From NCBI GenBank assembly GCA_963422735.1, contig OY730476.1, forward strand, positions 928,001-992,000: a stretch of 64,000 nt of DNA, written 5' to 3'. Below, one piece after another: positions 1 to 10,244 of this stretch. The DNA is from Candidatus Latescibacterota bacterium (GTDB lineage Bacteria; Latescibacterota; UBA2968; UBA8231). Each line of letters opens with the position of its first letter. The stretch's first letter is position 1. The notes under the pieces were generated by a model that was not told the DNA's origin, made no database searches, and saw only the letters and a list, made by a program, of their open reading frames with translations. A program made the position numbers and the translations under genes.

Positions 1-465
1 ATTGGAGGCGATCCGCTCAACCTTGGCCTGACCCACCGCAATATCCGTGCAGGGCTGTAGCTTGGTCATGGCCACACCCGCCGATTGTGCCGCCTCGGTC
101 CGCACCTTTTCGGCCCAATCTCCGGCCATAATGATATTGGGACGGCCGTGGGCGTCGAGAATGTTCTGGGCATCGCGGTCGGGCCAAGGCGTATCGTGGG
201 CGTGGATACAATGCACGGCCACTCGCTCAGCCTCGGTGCCTACGGCCCGGGCTAGTTCCTCGCGCCAGCGGTCGTAATCGCCGTTGCTCAATTCGGCCCA
301 GTCTAGGGCGCACAAGACGAGCGGCAATTGATCGTCCGGCACTAAAATCAGTCCCAAGGTGGACAGCGGGTCGGCGATACCCTTGGCCGGAGGATACCAT
401 CCCGCGCAGAGCGGATGGCCCAGCGGCGGCGTGACGTCGGATTGGAACGTGGCGAGTTGGATCAT
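1..465 (-). CDS. Neutral/alkaline ceramidase-like N-terminal domain protein (partial, runs off window start)
   Basis: Translated by hand from ATG at 465: MIQLATFQSDVTPPLGHPLCAGWYPP...LVLCALDW...VAVHCIHAHDTP. The DVTPP and HxHD motifs are typical of the family. Absent from the ORF track because it is truncated by the window edge. Confidence 0.7.
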   Translation of the reverse strand, partial: MIQLATFQSDVTPPLGHPLCAGWYPPAKGIADPLSTLGLILVPDDQLPLVLCALDWAELSNGDYDRWREELARAVGTEAERVAVHCIHAHDTPWPDRDAQNILDAHGRPNIIMAGDWAEKVRTEAAQSAGVAMTKLQPCTDIAVGQAKVERIASN

Positions 466-593
466 GGTTTCTCAATGCGGGAGATTGCAGGTATTACACC
501 GATGGCCGCGCCGCCCTAATATACGTGGGCACCGCCCAAGCCGCCGCTCGCGCCCACCTGCCTAGATACAACTATATCGGCGTACTGCATTTG

Positions 594-766
594 CCGGCGG
601 CCACAAATCCTACAGCTTGGGCAGCCCCAATATCAATCGCCTGACCGGCACTGAAGAAAGCCGCCTCTAAGGCCTCAACTTTGAGTACTGGACCGACGAC
701 AGCTCAGCCGAATACGCCCGCGTCCTCAAGCACTTGCGGGAGGAAGGGCCGTTTACCGAGGGCTAG
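594..766 (+). pseudogene. C-terminal remnant of an unknown protein with an internal TAA
   Basis: Reads ...AGGHKSYSLGSPNINRLTGTEESRL*GLNFEYWTDDSSAEYARVLKHLREEGPFTEG*. Codon usage looks coding, but there is no start. Confidence 0.35.
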
Positions 767-1125
767 GAATGCACAATATGCGGTGAGTTTCGCCAGTATC
801 GCTGGCTGGGATTGAATCTGCGTTGCTTAGCCGAGTATTGCGTTAGGGAGTAGGATTCACGGAATCTATAGGAAGGCTTGCAAAAGGTGACGCTCCAAGC
901 CAACTGCCCATTCTCATTCTCTGCCGTCAGCAGGGACGCGGCCCCCCAATGCCAACCCATCGCGGTATTTAGCGGGAAATCGCAACACTCGGCAATCAGT
1001 TGCAGACCATCGCTCAGCGTACTTTTGCCGACGGCATTGGCACCAATCACCACGGTTAGCGGATTGAGGTCGGCCTTAAACTCGTCGAGAAGCCGATAGC
1101 CCCCGATCTCAATTTGCGTAATCAT
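763..1125 (-). pseudogene. Truncated AAA/ABC-type ATPase (AAA_21/OLD-like N-terminus)
   Basis: MITQIEIGGYRLL...LTVVIGANAVGKS contains a Walker A motif. Similarity is lost after about 85 aa and there is no Walker B. Confidence 0.7.
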
Positions 1126-1196
1126 GCGATACTACCTTTTGCTCCAATTGTCCACAGTCTGACTGGGCGCAGGGTCATGGCGAGATCGCTTCCCTT

Positions 1197-2666
1197 TCAG
1201 AATCGAGAATACCAGTCCCGCAACGCCGGATAAAGCGCCCGGTAGCGATCAAAAGCTCGTCGGTAGTATTCTACCCGCTCCCGGTCGCAGCGCACCGTCT
1301 CGGCCAACTTGACCGTGCGCTGGCAGGCGGTGGCAAAATCCGCATAGAGTCCGCCGCCAACGCCCGCCAACAGTGCCGCCCCTACTGCCGACAGATCGTC
1401 GGTGGCGAGCCGCACCACGTCGCGCCCCAAAATATCGGCTTGGATTTGCCGCCACACCTCCGAATGCGAGCCGCCCTCGCCGATTCGCAGTTCGTCGATG
1501 GGCAAGCCAATTTCGGCGAAGCAGTCGAGCGAGTGCCGCAAGTCGAAGACAACCCCCTCCAACACCGCCCGCACCAGATGCCCCTTCGCGTGTCCCAGCG
1601 ACAGCCCGACAAAGCCGCCGCGAGCGCGGGCGTCGGGACGCGGCGTAGCCCTTCCTTCGAGCCAAGGCATAAAAAACACCCCATCGGCACCAGCGGGAAC
1701 CGCAGCCGCAGCCTCGGTTAACTCTTCGTAGCTGCCCCCGAACTCCTCCTTGAACCACTTGAGCGAGGCGCCCCCGGTAAACGAGCAGCCCAGCCAAGCG
1801 TATTTGCCGGGGATGGGGTGGCACATCGGCCAGAGCTTGCCAAAGGCCCGTGGATCCAAGGTTTCGGCAAAAGCCGTGGCGTGCGCCGCCGTACCGATGC
1901 CCAAGCTGATAATGCCCGGCTCAATGACCCCGGCACCGAGGATCATGCAGGGCATGTCCCCGCCGCCAGCGACGACGGGCGTGCCCGCAGCCAGTCCGGT
2001 CTGCTCGGCCGCGACTTGGGTTATGGCGCCGACTACGGCCGGCGAATCGGCCAAGCGCGGGAACAGCCCAATATCGACTTCCAATGCCTCCAAAATGTCC
2101 CCGGACCACTGGCGCTCGCGTAGATCAAAAGCCGCAGTTGTCGAGGCATCCGACACCTCTGCCGCCACCTGCCCGGTGAGCCGGTAGCGCAGCCAATCCT
2201 TGGGCAGCAGCACCCAGCGGCTCTGTTGGTAAACATCTGTCGCATGGTCTTTTACCCATAGCACTTTTGCTAGGGTATTAACCGGCCCCAACCGCATTAG
2301 CGTCCGCTCCCGCAGCAAGTCACCCGCGCGCTGCTCGGCCCAATCGCACTCTGCTTGCGAGCGGTGGTCGAGCCAAATCGGCACCCGCTGCAGGGGCTCA
2401 ACGGCGCTGTCGACAAATACCGCCCCGTTGATCTGCCCCGACAGGCCGACGCAGGCAACCTGCGCTGGGTCCATATCGGCGAGCACATGACGCACAGACG
2501 CGCACAGCCCCCGCCACCAGTCCTCCGGGTCCTGCTCGACCCACCGAGGATGCGGCTTGTAAAGCGGATACTCGGCCTGCCCTCTGCCGATGAGGTCGCC
2601 CGCCTCGTCGAGGAGGACGGCCTTGGTGCTTCCCGTGCCCAAGTCAATTCCCAGTGCGTACCGCAT
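1197..2666 (-). CDS. xylB: Xylulokinase / FGGY-family sugar kinase
   Basis: LGIDLGTGSTK, EQDPEDWW, GGGD and AVLEGV motifs; 489 aa. Confidence 0.85.
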   Translation of the reverse strand: MRYALGIDLGTGSTKAVLLDEAGDLIGRGQAEYPLYKPHPRWVEQDPEDWWRGLCASVRHVLADMDPAQVACVGLSGQINGAVFVDSAVEPLQRVPIWLDHRSQAECDWAEQRAGDLLRERTLMRLGPVNTLAKVLWVKDHATDVYQQSRWVLLPKDWLRYRLTGQVAAEVSDASTTAAFDLRERQWSGDILEALEVDIGLFPRLADSPAVVGAITQVAAEQTGLAAGTPVVAGGGDMPCMILGAGVIEPGIISLGIGTAAHATAFAETLDPRAFGKLWPMCHPIPGKYAWLGCSFTGGASLKWFKEEFGGSYEELTEAAAAVPAGADGVFFMPWLEGRATPRPDARARGGFVGLSLGHAKGHLVRAVLEGVVFDLRHSLDCFAEIGLPIDELRIGEGGSHSEVWRQIQADILGRDVVRLATDDLSAVGAALLAGVGGGLYADFATACQRTVKLAETVRCDRERVEYYRRAFDRYRALYPALRDWYSRF

Positions 2667-2675
2667 CCGAACCTC

Positions 2676-3926
2676 CTATCCGAACCGATCCACGTTGCAC
2701 AAGCTCAGATCAAAACCCGGCTCCTCCCCCTGCACCATGCGCGCGGTCACCGCCCCGGTCACCGCCCCTAGCGAGACCCCAATCATGGCGTGTCCGGCCG
2801 CCACCGTGAGATTGTCGTAGGCTTGCGCCCGCCCCAAAAAGGGCAAGCCGTCCGGCGTACAGGGCCGCAGGCCCCGCCACACTTCGATTCGCTCTAGCGC
2901 ATCCGGCGTCCACGCTGGTACGTAGCGCGGCACCGCATTGACAATCGCGGCGACCCGGCGGCGGTTGATCGACGTATCCATGCCCGCCAGTTCGAGCGTA
3001 CCGGCAAAGCGCAGCTTGTCCCCCATCGGAGTGGTGCCGACGCGGGCCTCCACCAACATCAGCGGTACCGCCGGGCACGGATTTGGCTTGTAGTAGGTGA
3101 CGCTGTAGCCCTTGGCCGGCTGCACCGGCAGGGACAGACCCAGCCCGCGGGCCACGCCCGGAGACCACGCCCCACTGCACAGCACGACTTCGGCCGCGGC
3201 AAAATCCCCGCGCGTCGTCTCGACCACTTGGACGCGACGCCCTTTTTTGTTAAACCCCAACACCTCGGTTTTCTCGTTGAGCTGGGCCCCGCGCTCGACG
3301 CAGCGCGCGGCCAAGGCGCGCACAAGACGCGCCGGATCCAAGTGGGCGTCCTGCGCGTAAAACGCCCCACCCACGCAGTCCAATTCCACGGCAGCAGCGC
3401 GCTGCTGCGCCTGTTGGGCATCGACCATTTCCACTTCCAACCCTACCTCCTGCATCAGCTCGGCCTCTTCGCGGACGCTTGCAAGCCCCTGCTCGGTCTT
3501 ACACAGCAAAAGCCGCCCTTCGTGCCCAAAGGCAAAATCCGATTCAGCGGCCAAGCTCTGATAAAGCCGAAAGCTCGCCAAGTGCATATCGCGCAACAGC
3601 GGCATGGCCTGCCGCACCCGCCGCATGGTGCTGGCCTTGCGGAATTGCCACAGCCAAGCCACGAGGTCGCGATCCCAGCGCCATTTGATGTAGAAGGGGC
3701 TGTCCGGGTCAAACATCCACCGCAGGCCCTCGGCGATGACCCCGGGCTCGGCCAGCGGTACGCTGTGGCTGGGCACGATTAACCCAGCGTTGCCATACGA
3801 GCTACCCGCGCAGACCTCGTCCTTTTCGACCACAGTAACCTCGCGGCCCTGCTCCTGGAGAAAGTGCGCCGCGCAGATACCGACGACTCCGCCGCCGATG
3901 ACCAGCACATCTACCTGTTGCGTCAT
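2676..3926 (-). CDS. FAD-dependent D-amino acid dehydrogenase (DadA/DAO family)
   Basis: VIGGGVVG, SYGNAG, QPAKGYS, WRGLRPCTPDGLP and AAGH motifs. Confidence 0.9.
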   Translation of the reverse strand: MTQQVDVLVIGGGVVGICAAHFLQEQGREVTVVEKDEVCAGSSYGNAGLIVPSHSVPLAEPGVIAEGLRWMFDPDSPFYIKWRWDRDLVAWLWQFRKASTMRRVRQAMPLLRDMHLASFRLYQSLAAESDFAFGHEGRLLLCKTEQGLASVREEAELMQEVGLEVEMVDAQQAQQRAAAVELDCVGGAFYAQDAHLDPARLVRALAARCVERGAQLNEKTEVLGFNKKGRRVQVVETTRGDFAAAEVVLCSGAWSPGVARGLGLSLPVQPAKGYSVTYYKPNPCPAVPLMLVEARVGTTPMGDKLRFAGTLELAGMDTSINRRRVAAIVNAVPRYVPAWTPDALERIEVWRGLRPCTPDGLPFLGRAQAYDNLTVAAGHAMIGVSLGAVTGAVTARMVQGEEPGFDLSLCNVDRFG

Positions 3927-4040
3927 AGCCAAGCCTCGCGTTTGTCCTACACCTTGACGCCGGTTGTGTTTCGCTCTACGTATTCAGGGAGATTATACGC
4001 TGAAAACTTGCGTTGAGCCATAAGAAGGAAGGAACTATCT

Positions 4041-5084
4041 ATGCTAGATCGCGCCGTGCGCATCGGGACGATCGGCTGCGGCACCCAAGCCAACGTCCAC
4101 TTTGCCGGCATCAAAGCTCTGGGCGCCGACCAAGCGACGGTTGCCGCTGTCTGCGACCTCGACGACGAGCGCCTCGCCGCCGCCTGCCAGCTCTGGCCCC
4201 AAGCCCGCGCGGCCAAAGACTACCGAGACATGCTCGCCCCCGGCGACCTCGACTTGGTCATCGTCGCCACCATGCCCAACACGCACGAAGCCATGTCGTT
4301 GGCCAGCCTCGACGCCGGGGCCTCTGTGCTGTGCGAAAAGCCTTTTATGATGAATGTCGCGCAAGCCGAAGCCGTCCTCACCAAGGCCGCCGAGACCGGG
4401 CTACAAGTCCAGCTCGGTACCAACATGCGCTATATGCCGAGTTCGCAGTACTTGCATGACCTAGTCCAAGGCGGCACCATCGGCGAGCCAGTATTCTCCA
4501 AAGCGTGGGGCTGCCACCACGACCCGCCCGTCTGGGGGCCGCACTACCACCTCGCTATCTCCGGCGGCGGGGTTCTCGCCTCGACCCTAGTCCACGCGCT
4601 CGACTTGGCGATGTGGGTCGGCGGCTCGCCCAATCCGCTCACCGTCAGTGCGGCGACCAAGCGCCTCTTCCCCGGCAAGCGCGGGCCCAAGATCAACGAC
4701 GCCATTCACGCGCGCTACGACGCCGAAGACCTCATCAGCGCCTTGGTGCGCTTTGACAACGGCGCATTTTACTCCTTGGAGGGCAACTGGTGCAGCGAGA
4801 AAACCGACTTCCACAGCTTTGAACTGACCACCACCCAAGCTACCATCACCGGCGCGCCCTTTGCGGTCAAGGTCGATGTCGAAGGCGAGATCGTCGATCA
4901 GACGCCCCAACTCGACGACGACGACTGGTTCCAAAGCGTCCACACCCAAGACGCCACCCTCATCGCCCAACTCCGCGCTGGCAAGCCTTGGGACATGCAG
5001 GACGTCCGCCAACTCCGCAACCTGCAAAAGGTCGTCGATGCCTGTTACGAGTCCGCGCGTACCGGTAGAGAGGTCGCATTATAA
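4041..5084 (+). CDS. Gfo/Idh/MocA-family oxidoreductase
   Basis: IGTIGCG, LCEKP and GGGVL motifs; RBS AAGGAAGG upstream. Confidence 0.9.
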   Translation: MLDRAVRIGTIGCGTQANVHFAGIKALGADQATVAAVCDLDDERLAAACQLWPQARAAKDYRDMLAPGDLDLVIVATMPNTHEAMSLASLDAGASVLCEKPFMMNVAQAEAVLTKAAETGLQVQLGTNMRYMPSSQYLHDLVQGGTIGEPVFSKAWGCHHDPPVWGPHYHLAISGGGVLASTLVHALDLAMWVGGSPNPLTVSAATKRLFPGKRGPKINDAIHARYDAEDLISALVRFDNGAFYSLEGNWCSEKTDFHSFELTTTQATITGAPFAVKVDVEGEIVDQTPQLDDDDWFQSVHTQDATLIAQLRAGKPWDMQDVRQLRNLQKVVDACYESARTGREVAL

Positions 5085-5126
5085 CTTGCACGTCCACAAC
5101 GAGTTGACGCTCTGTAAGGAAATTCC

Positions 5127-5975
5127 ATGACCCAACCCAACGTCTGGACGCCCGTCGAGGGCCGCAGCACAACCGCCCTGCTGCACAGCCTGCCCCGACC
5201 TCTCACCGCCTTGGCCGCCGGCGATGTCCCCGCCGTGGTACTGCGGGGAGCCTATCCGCCCGACCACTGCCGAGACTTGATGCGCCGCTTTGAGGAGCGG
5301 GGCTATTTCGACCCGGCCACCGTGGGCCAAGCTTCCCAGCTAAGCGGCGGCCCCTACCTCGACTTGGGCACCAGCCTCGGACGGCTCGGGGCCGACCCAG
5401 ACGCCTTCTTCGCCCATGCCGCCCGCACCCACGAGCTGTTCGCAACGCTCTTCGAGGGATTTGCAGACCCGCTGCACACGCTGTACGCTGCCCTATCCGA
5501 CCTCGCTGAGGGCAAAATAGTACAAACAGCGCGCGAACCGGACGGGCGGCTCTACGGACCGGCCATCTTCCGCATGTATCACGCCGCCGAAGGCCACAGG
5601 CCCCACTACGATTCCGTAGCCAAGCGCTCCCGCCCCGGCTACGAATACGCAGTCGCCGACTTCCAGCACCAATTCGCCGGGGTGTTGTGCTTGCAGACTG
5701 GCGATGACGCCAGTGCCGACGAACCCTTTATCTACCGGTGCTGGGGCAACCAGCCCCATATCGAGGAAGTCCTGCGCCAAGACCGCTTCGCCGAGTGCGC
5801 GGCCGAGCACCGCATCCCCTGCGTCCAAGTCCGGTTGACGCCGGGCGATCTCTACTTCTTCTGCACCGAAAACATCCACGAAGTAAAACGCCTAGCGCGC
5901 CAGCGCCGCCGCGTTGTGCTGGCTTGCTTTTTCGCCATGTCGGCGGACAAACCAGAGCTTTTCGTCTGGTCCTAG
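5127..5975 (+). CDS. 2OG-Fe(II) oxygenase-like protein
   Basis: HYD ... PGDLYFF...IHEV...R metal and 2OG ligand pattern. Confidence 0.75.
   Translation: MTQPNVWTPVEGRSTTALLHSLPRPLTALAAGDVPAVVLRGAYPPDHCRDLMRRFEERGYFDPATVGQASQLSGGPYLDLGTSLGRLGADPDAFFAHAARTHELFATLFEGFADPLHTLYAALSDLAEGKIVQTAREPDGRLYGPAIFRMYHAAEGHRPHYDSVAKRSRPGYEYAVADFQHQFAGVLCLQTGDDASADEPFIYRCWGNQPHIEEVLRQDRFAECAAEHRIPCVQVRLTPGDLYFFCTENIHEVKRLARQRRRVVLACFFAMSADKPELFVWS
5918..5974 (+). repeat. 57-bp direct repeat, copy 1 (3' end of the oxygenase gene)
   Basis: Matches 10730-10786 at 55 of 57 positions; the last 48 bp are identical. Confidence 0.95.
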
Positions 5976-6080
5976 GGGAACTTCTCGTCGGCCCGATGTT
6001 TTGCGGCCTCCCCCGCCAATTGACAAGCTGCCCCAGTCCACACATTACCTATCGCACGGCCTGATCCCAGCCCCAAGGCA

Positions 6081-7161
6081 ATGCCGATGTCTGACTTTAC
6101 TTGATTCAACACTACCCCGACGATTTGTCCGCTTCACCCTTGGTCGCGACGACGTCGAAGTCTTAGACGTGCTCGATACCGAGCAACCCCACCGTCGCAG
6201 CCCGCCGCACTGATAGAAGGAGGTGTTGGTTCAAACCACCGACCGGACCGACCTGCCCATGCCGCGGCTTGTTGAGCAATACGGCCTGCCGGTGTATGCC
6301 ATCGCGATCTACCTGCGGTCGGAGGCGGGTCGGCGCGATTCGGGACACTATTTCCAAGAGCAGCCCGGCCACCGCATCTTGATTGAGTACCAGGTGATCC
6401 GGCTGAGCGAACAGGACGGCCGTCGGGGCCTGTGGGACTGCTGCCGTTTGCGCCGTTGATGAAGCCGGCGGCGGGGCAAGCGTCGGGGGATTGGCTGCGG
6501 CGCAGGCACACGCGTTGGACCGGTCGGCGAAAGCCGATTTTCTGGCCGGGATGTCGCTGCTGAGCGGGTTGGTGTACGCGCCGGACACCGTTTCTGCCGT
6601 TTTCTTTACGTGATGTTACGCAGCCTTACGATCTCTTGGTCTATGTCCGGTCGCGTCGTGTCATGCCTGCTCTTCACCGCGCCACAAGGCGTACCAAGCA
6701 GGCATTCAGAGTACTCTTCGGCGGTTCGGGCTTGGGCGACGGATCGACCGAGCGACTCAACGGAGCGCGTCGAAGCCGGTCCCCGTGCAGACGGGGGTCC
6801 GCCTCGGGCGCGGGGCTGGATTCCCGCTTTCGCGGGAAGGACCATGGACGGCGGCGGGAAGCCGCAGAGTCTGCCCCCGCGTAGGCGGGGGATAACGACT
6901 GCGGAACGTCAGTTCTTCAAGGAGGATCTAATGGATATCATCCGCGAATCACCCGTTGCCCAGTCCGCAATCAAGGTATTGAGGAAGGGCTGGAGCAAGG
7001 CATTGAGCAGGGGAGCCGAGAATTGTTGGCCCTGCGCTTTCAGCCGAAGGAAGCCCGCCGGTTGGCCAACCCGATTGCGGCCATTGACGATGTGCAGCAC
7101 TCAAGCAGTTACATCGGGCAGGCCCGAAGCCTTTAGACGCCTGTTAGAAGCCGACGAGTAG
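6081..7161 (+). pseudogene. Rpn/DUF4351-like PD-(D/E)XK putative transposase pseudogene, frameshifted and interrupted by a MITE
   Basis: Fragments in several frames: FVRFTLGRDDVEVLDVLDTEQP, QTTD...PMPR...YGLPVYAIAIYLR...IEYQVIRL, LLPFAPLMKP, MDIIRESP, and QGIEEGLEQGIEQG. Confidence 0.7.
6608..6914. mobile_element. MITE-like element, family 2, copy 1, with internal REP/dRS3-like palindromes
   Basis: The right end ACTGCGGAACGTCAGTT is the exact reverse complement of 24961-24977, and there is a degenerate left end at 6608-6624. The Rpn-like protein sequence continues across it (VSAVFF|FKEDLM). ATTCCC-N8-GGGAAG lies at 6820-6839. Confidence 0.75.
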
Positions 7162-7272
7162 GCCCGCCTGTGATATCGCCGTGATTCAGACCGCTACCTC
7201 AAGGCCAGCACCTCGTTCAAACATCCCTCTTGTGCGACGATCTCCACCGCCGCCCAGAGGCGTCTTTGGCTC

Positions 7273-10176
7273 CTAGTCCGCCGCCTTCTCCACGGCCGCT
7301 TGATAGTACTCCCGCAGCAAGTCGTCGAGGACCGCAGAAGTTTGGTTGTAGTTGGTCCATCCGTAAGGCGTGTTGTCAAAGCGCACATCGCCCACGAGGG
7401 AATCGGCTCCCCGCGACAGGAGCAAGCGGGCCATTTCGAGCTGGTCGGCGATGACGGTTTTGTGCAGGGGCGTACTCCCGCGGTCGTAGGACCGGAATGC
7501 GCCGGCAAAGCCGTTGATGTCGGCCCCGCGATCCAGTAAGAAGGCCGCTGATTCCAACGCACCGCTGTAGGCAGCAAAGTTGAGCGCCTCGACGAGGATC
7601 TGCTCGTCGGTGAGCACGGTGTCCGGGTTGGGGTGATATAAATGGCCGGTCCCCTTTTTCAGCTTGCCCTCGGCGTCGAAGAACTCGGCCATCAGATCGA
7701 CGCGGTTGGCTCCGGCGGCAAAGCGCAAATCAACCGTGGCCCCGGCCTCGATCAACAGACGCGCCAGCCCTCGGTTTTCGGCGATCAGGGTCTTCCACAG
7801 TATCCGGCCGCGATTGCGGTCCAAATCACCCCCCCGATCAATCAACGAGCGGACCAACTCGGCCTTCGTACCGGCCCAGTCGAGCTGGGCACTTTGGGCC
7901 ACCAGTTCCAGCACCGTAACAGCATCGTAGGTGGCGGCATTGGGATCGGCTCCGGCGGCGAGTAAGACAGCGGCCAGCTCAACGGCGTTTTCAGGCAGCG
8001 GCACTCGCTGCGGCTCGCCGGCTACGTGGTGCAAAAGGGTGGCTCCACGGAAGTAGGAGTACTCGTAGTACTCGTCGAAATAGCCGCGCGCTGCCGTTAG
8101 TTGGGGCTGTTCGGCGAGTAGGTTCCTGAGCGTCTCCACGTCCCCTGCGTCGATAGCTTGGACGGCCCGGTAAAAGTCTGGGTGCTCGGCGTCGCCGCGG
8201 TCTCGGCCTTGCGGCGGCAAGGATTCGCCCTCGCGCGGAATGGCCAGTGCCACCAACTCGGGCGGGCGATCAGGGTCGCCAAAATCATTGCCTACTGGGA
8301 CGACCACGTACTGGCGGCCATTCGCCACATAGCTCATCGGCGCACCGTAGGCATTGCTGGGTAACTCGACGCGGCCGATTTCCCTGCCCAACGCCAGATC
8401 GTAGGCGCGTAGGTAGGCGTCGCGATCAACGAAGTAATCCGCCCCAGCGTCGCTCAGATCGTGCGGGTCTTGCGAGGCGGCCATTAGCAACCGGGGGGTG
8501 GTCAGCACAAAGGTGCGATTGTCCCAGCCCATGTCCGGCAGGTCGAGACCCTTGAGTGCCAAATGGTCCACCGGCCCCTTGCCCACCGTCGTCCGCCATA
8601 TATGCTCGCCGGTGTTGAGGTCAATCGCCGTGATGCTGCCATAAGGGGGCTTGACCAGCGGCAGCCCTTGCGGGCCGAGAACGTGGAATTCGTTGGTGGC
8701 AAAAAACGCCGAGTGGGCCTCTGGGGCTTCCACGCGGTGCAGTTGCACCGTGGTAATGGCCATGTGCGACGGCACGTAGAGCACACCCGTGCGCGGATCC
8801 GCAGCACCTCCGGCCCAATCGGGGCCCCCCCATTGGCCGGGAACCAACAAGACGCCCTTCTCGGTCGGCGGCGCGTAGAGCGGGCCGTAGTCGTAGCGAG
8901 CGAGGATCGCCTTGGCTTCTTCGCGCAGTTCGGGCGTGAAGTCGATCAGGTCGTCTTCGCCAATGCCTTGGCGTTCAAATGGTGCAGGTTTGGTCGGGAA
9001 GGGCTGGGTCGGGGAGGTCTGCTCGCCCGGCACCTGCGACTGGGGCACCGGCCTTTCGACGATTGGCCAGATCGGCTCGCCGCTTTTGCGATCAAACACG
9101 AAGCAAAAGGCCTGCTTGGTCAGCACGGCGACAACTTGGCGCGGACGACCTTCTACTTCCACATCCAGCAACACCGGAGGGGCCGGTGGATCGTAGTCCC
9201 ACAGGCCGTGGTGGACTAGCTGATAGTGCCAGACCCGCTCGCCGGTCTCGGCATTCAGGCAGACGAGCGACTCGCTGAAGAGGTTGTCGCCGGGGCGCTC
9301 GCCGCCGTAGTAGTCGTGGCTGGCCGTACTCACCGGCAAGTAGAGGTAGCCCAACTCTTCGTCGGCCGTCATTGAGGCCCAGACATTGGCCGCACCGTAG
9401 GTCTTCCAAGCGTCGCTTTGCCAAGTCTCGTTGCCGTATTCGCCCAACTGCGGAATCGTGTGAAACTCCCAAACCTTGGCCCCGGTCCTTGCGTCGAAAG
9501 CCTGCACGTCGCCGGGGGGCGTGTACTCCGCCGGGGGGCGACCGCGCCAGTCGCCAATGGCCGAACCGACCGCGACCACGCCGCGGCAGATCACGGGCGG
9601 GGCAGTAACTCCGTAGTTCCAGCGGTCGCCGTCGGTCAGAGGGCGACGCAGGGCCGCGCCCAAGTCAACCCGGCCATCTTGGCCAAACTCCGGGTCTGGG
9701 AGGCCGGTCTTGGCATCAATGGAGTACAAATAAGCGGTTGAAGTGGCGAGAAAAATCCGCTCGACTTCGCCGTCGGTCCAGTAGCTTGCGCCGCGCAGAT
9801 TGCCCAAGAAACGAGGCTCAATGCGCCAAGCTTCCGGATCAAACGCCCACAGTTTTTCGCCGCTAGCCCCGTCGAGGGCGACGAGGATATTGAACGGCGA
9901 GGCGTAGTATAGCACCCCATTGACGGCGATCGGCGTACCGCGGTGCTCGTCAAAATCTAGGTCGAGATTGGCCGTCTCGTATATCTGCTGATCGGGCGGG
10001 CGAAAGCGCCACACGACGCGCAATTGGTCGAAGTTGTCCGGGCCGATCTGGGCGGCGGGCGAGTACTTGGTGCCGCCCAGATCAGAGGTGTAGTAAGGCC
10101 AATCGACCGCTTGGGCTGCGGCTACCGCTATCAGCATCAGCCAGACGGTCAGGGTACTGTAGGCGCATTTGTTCAC
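7273..10176 (-). CDS. Secreted PQQ-dependent (quinoprotein glucose-type) dehydrogenase fused to a C-terminal ankyrin-repeat domain
   Basis: Signal peptide ending AAAQA, then YSPAAQI, QLVHHGLWDYD and SPTQPFP motifs, followed by ankyrin repeats (GATLLHHVA, LLAAGADPNA, TPLHK). GGAG RBS precedes the GTG at 10176. Confidence 0.9.
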   Translation of the reverse strand: MNKCAYSTLTVWLMLIAVAAAQAVDWPYYTSDLGGTKYSPAAQIGPDNFDQLRVVWRFRPPDQQIYETANLDLDFDEHRGTPIAVNGVLYYASPFNILVALDGASGEKLWAFDPEAWRIEPRFLGNLRGASYWTDGEVERIFLATSTAYLYSIDAKTGLPDPEFGQDGRVDLGAALRRPLTDGDRWNYGVTAPPVICRGVVAVGSAIGDWRGRPPAEYTPPGDVQAFDARTGAKVWEFHTIPQLGEYGNETWQSDAWKTYGAANVWASMTADEELGYLYLPVSTASHDYYGGERPGDNLFSESLVCLNAETGERVWHYQLVHHGLWDYDPPAPPVLLDVEVEGRPRQVVAVLTKQAFCFVFDRKSGEPIWPIVERPVPQSQVPGEQTSPTQPFPTKPAPFERQGIGEDDLIDFTPELREEAKAILARYDYGPLYAPPTEKGVLLVPGQWGGPDWAGGAADPRTGVLYVPSHMAITTVQLHRVEAPEAHSAFFATNEFHVLGPQGLPLVKPPYGSITAIDLNTGEHIWRTTVGKGPVDHLALKGLDLPDMGWDNRTFVLTTPRLLMAASQDPHDLSDAGADYFVDRDAYLRAYDLALGREIGRVELPSNAYGAPMSYVANGRQYVVVPVGNDFGDPDRPPELVALAIPREGESLPPQGRDRGDAEHPDFYRAVQAIDAGDVETLRNLLAEQPQLTAARGYFDEYYEYSYFRGATLLHHVAGEPQRVPLPENAVELAAVLLAAGADPNAATYDAVTVLELVAQSAQLDWAGTKAELVRSLIDRGGDLDRNRGRILWKTLIAENRGLARLLIEAGATVDLRFAAGANRVDLMAEFFDAEGKLKKGTGHLYHPNPDTVLTDEQILVEALNFAAYSGALESAAFLLDRGADINGFAGAFRSYDRGSTPLHKTVIADQLEMARLLLSRGADSLVGDVRFDNTPYGWTNYNQTSAVLDDLLREYYQAAVEKAAD

Positions 10177-10244
10177 TCGTTTGCTCCTTTTTGCGCGGTT
10201 TCTATAAGGCGTCTTAAAATGGAAGACGGGGCGTTGAACAGTGT

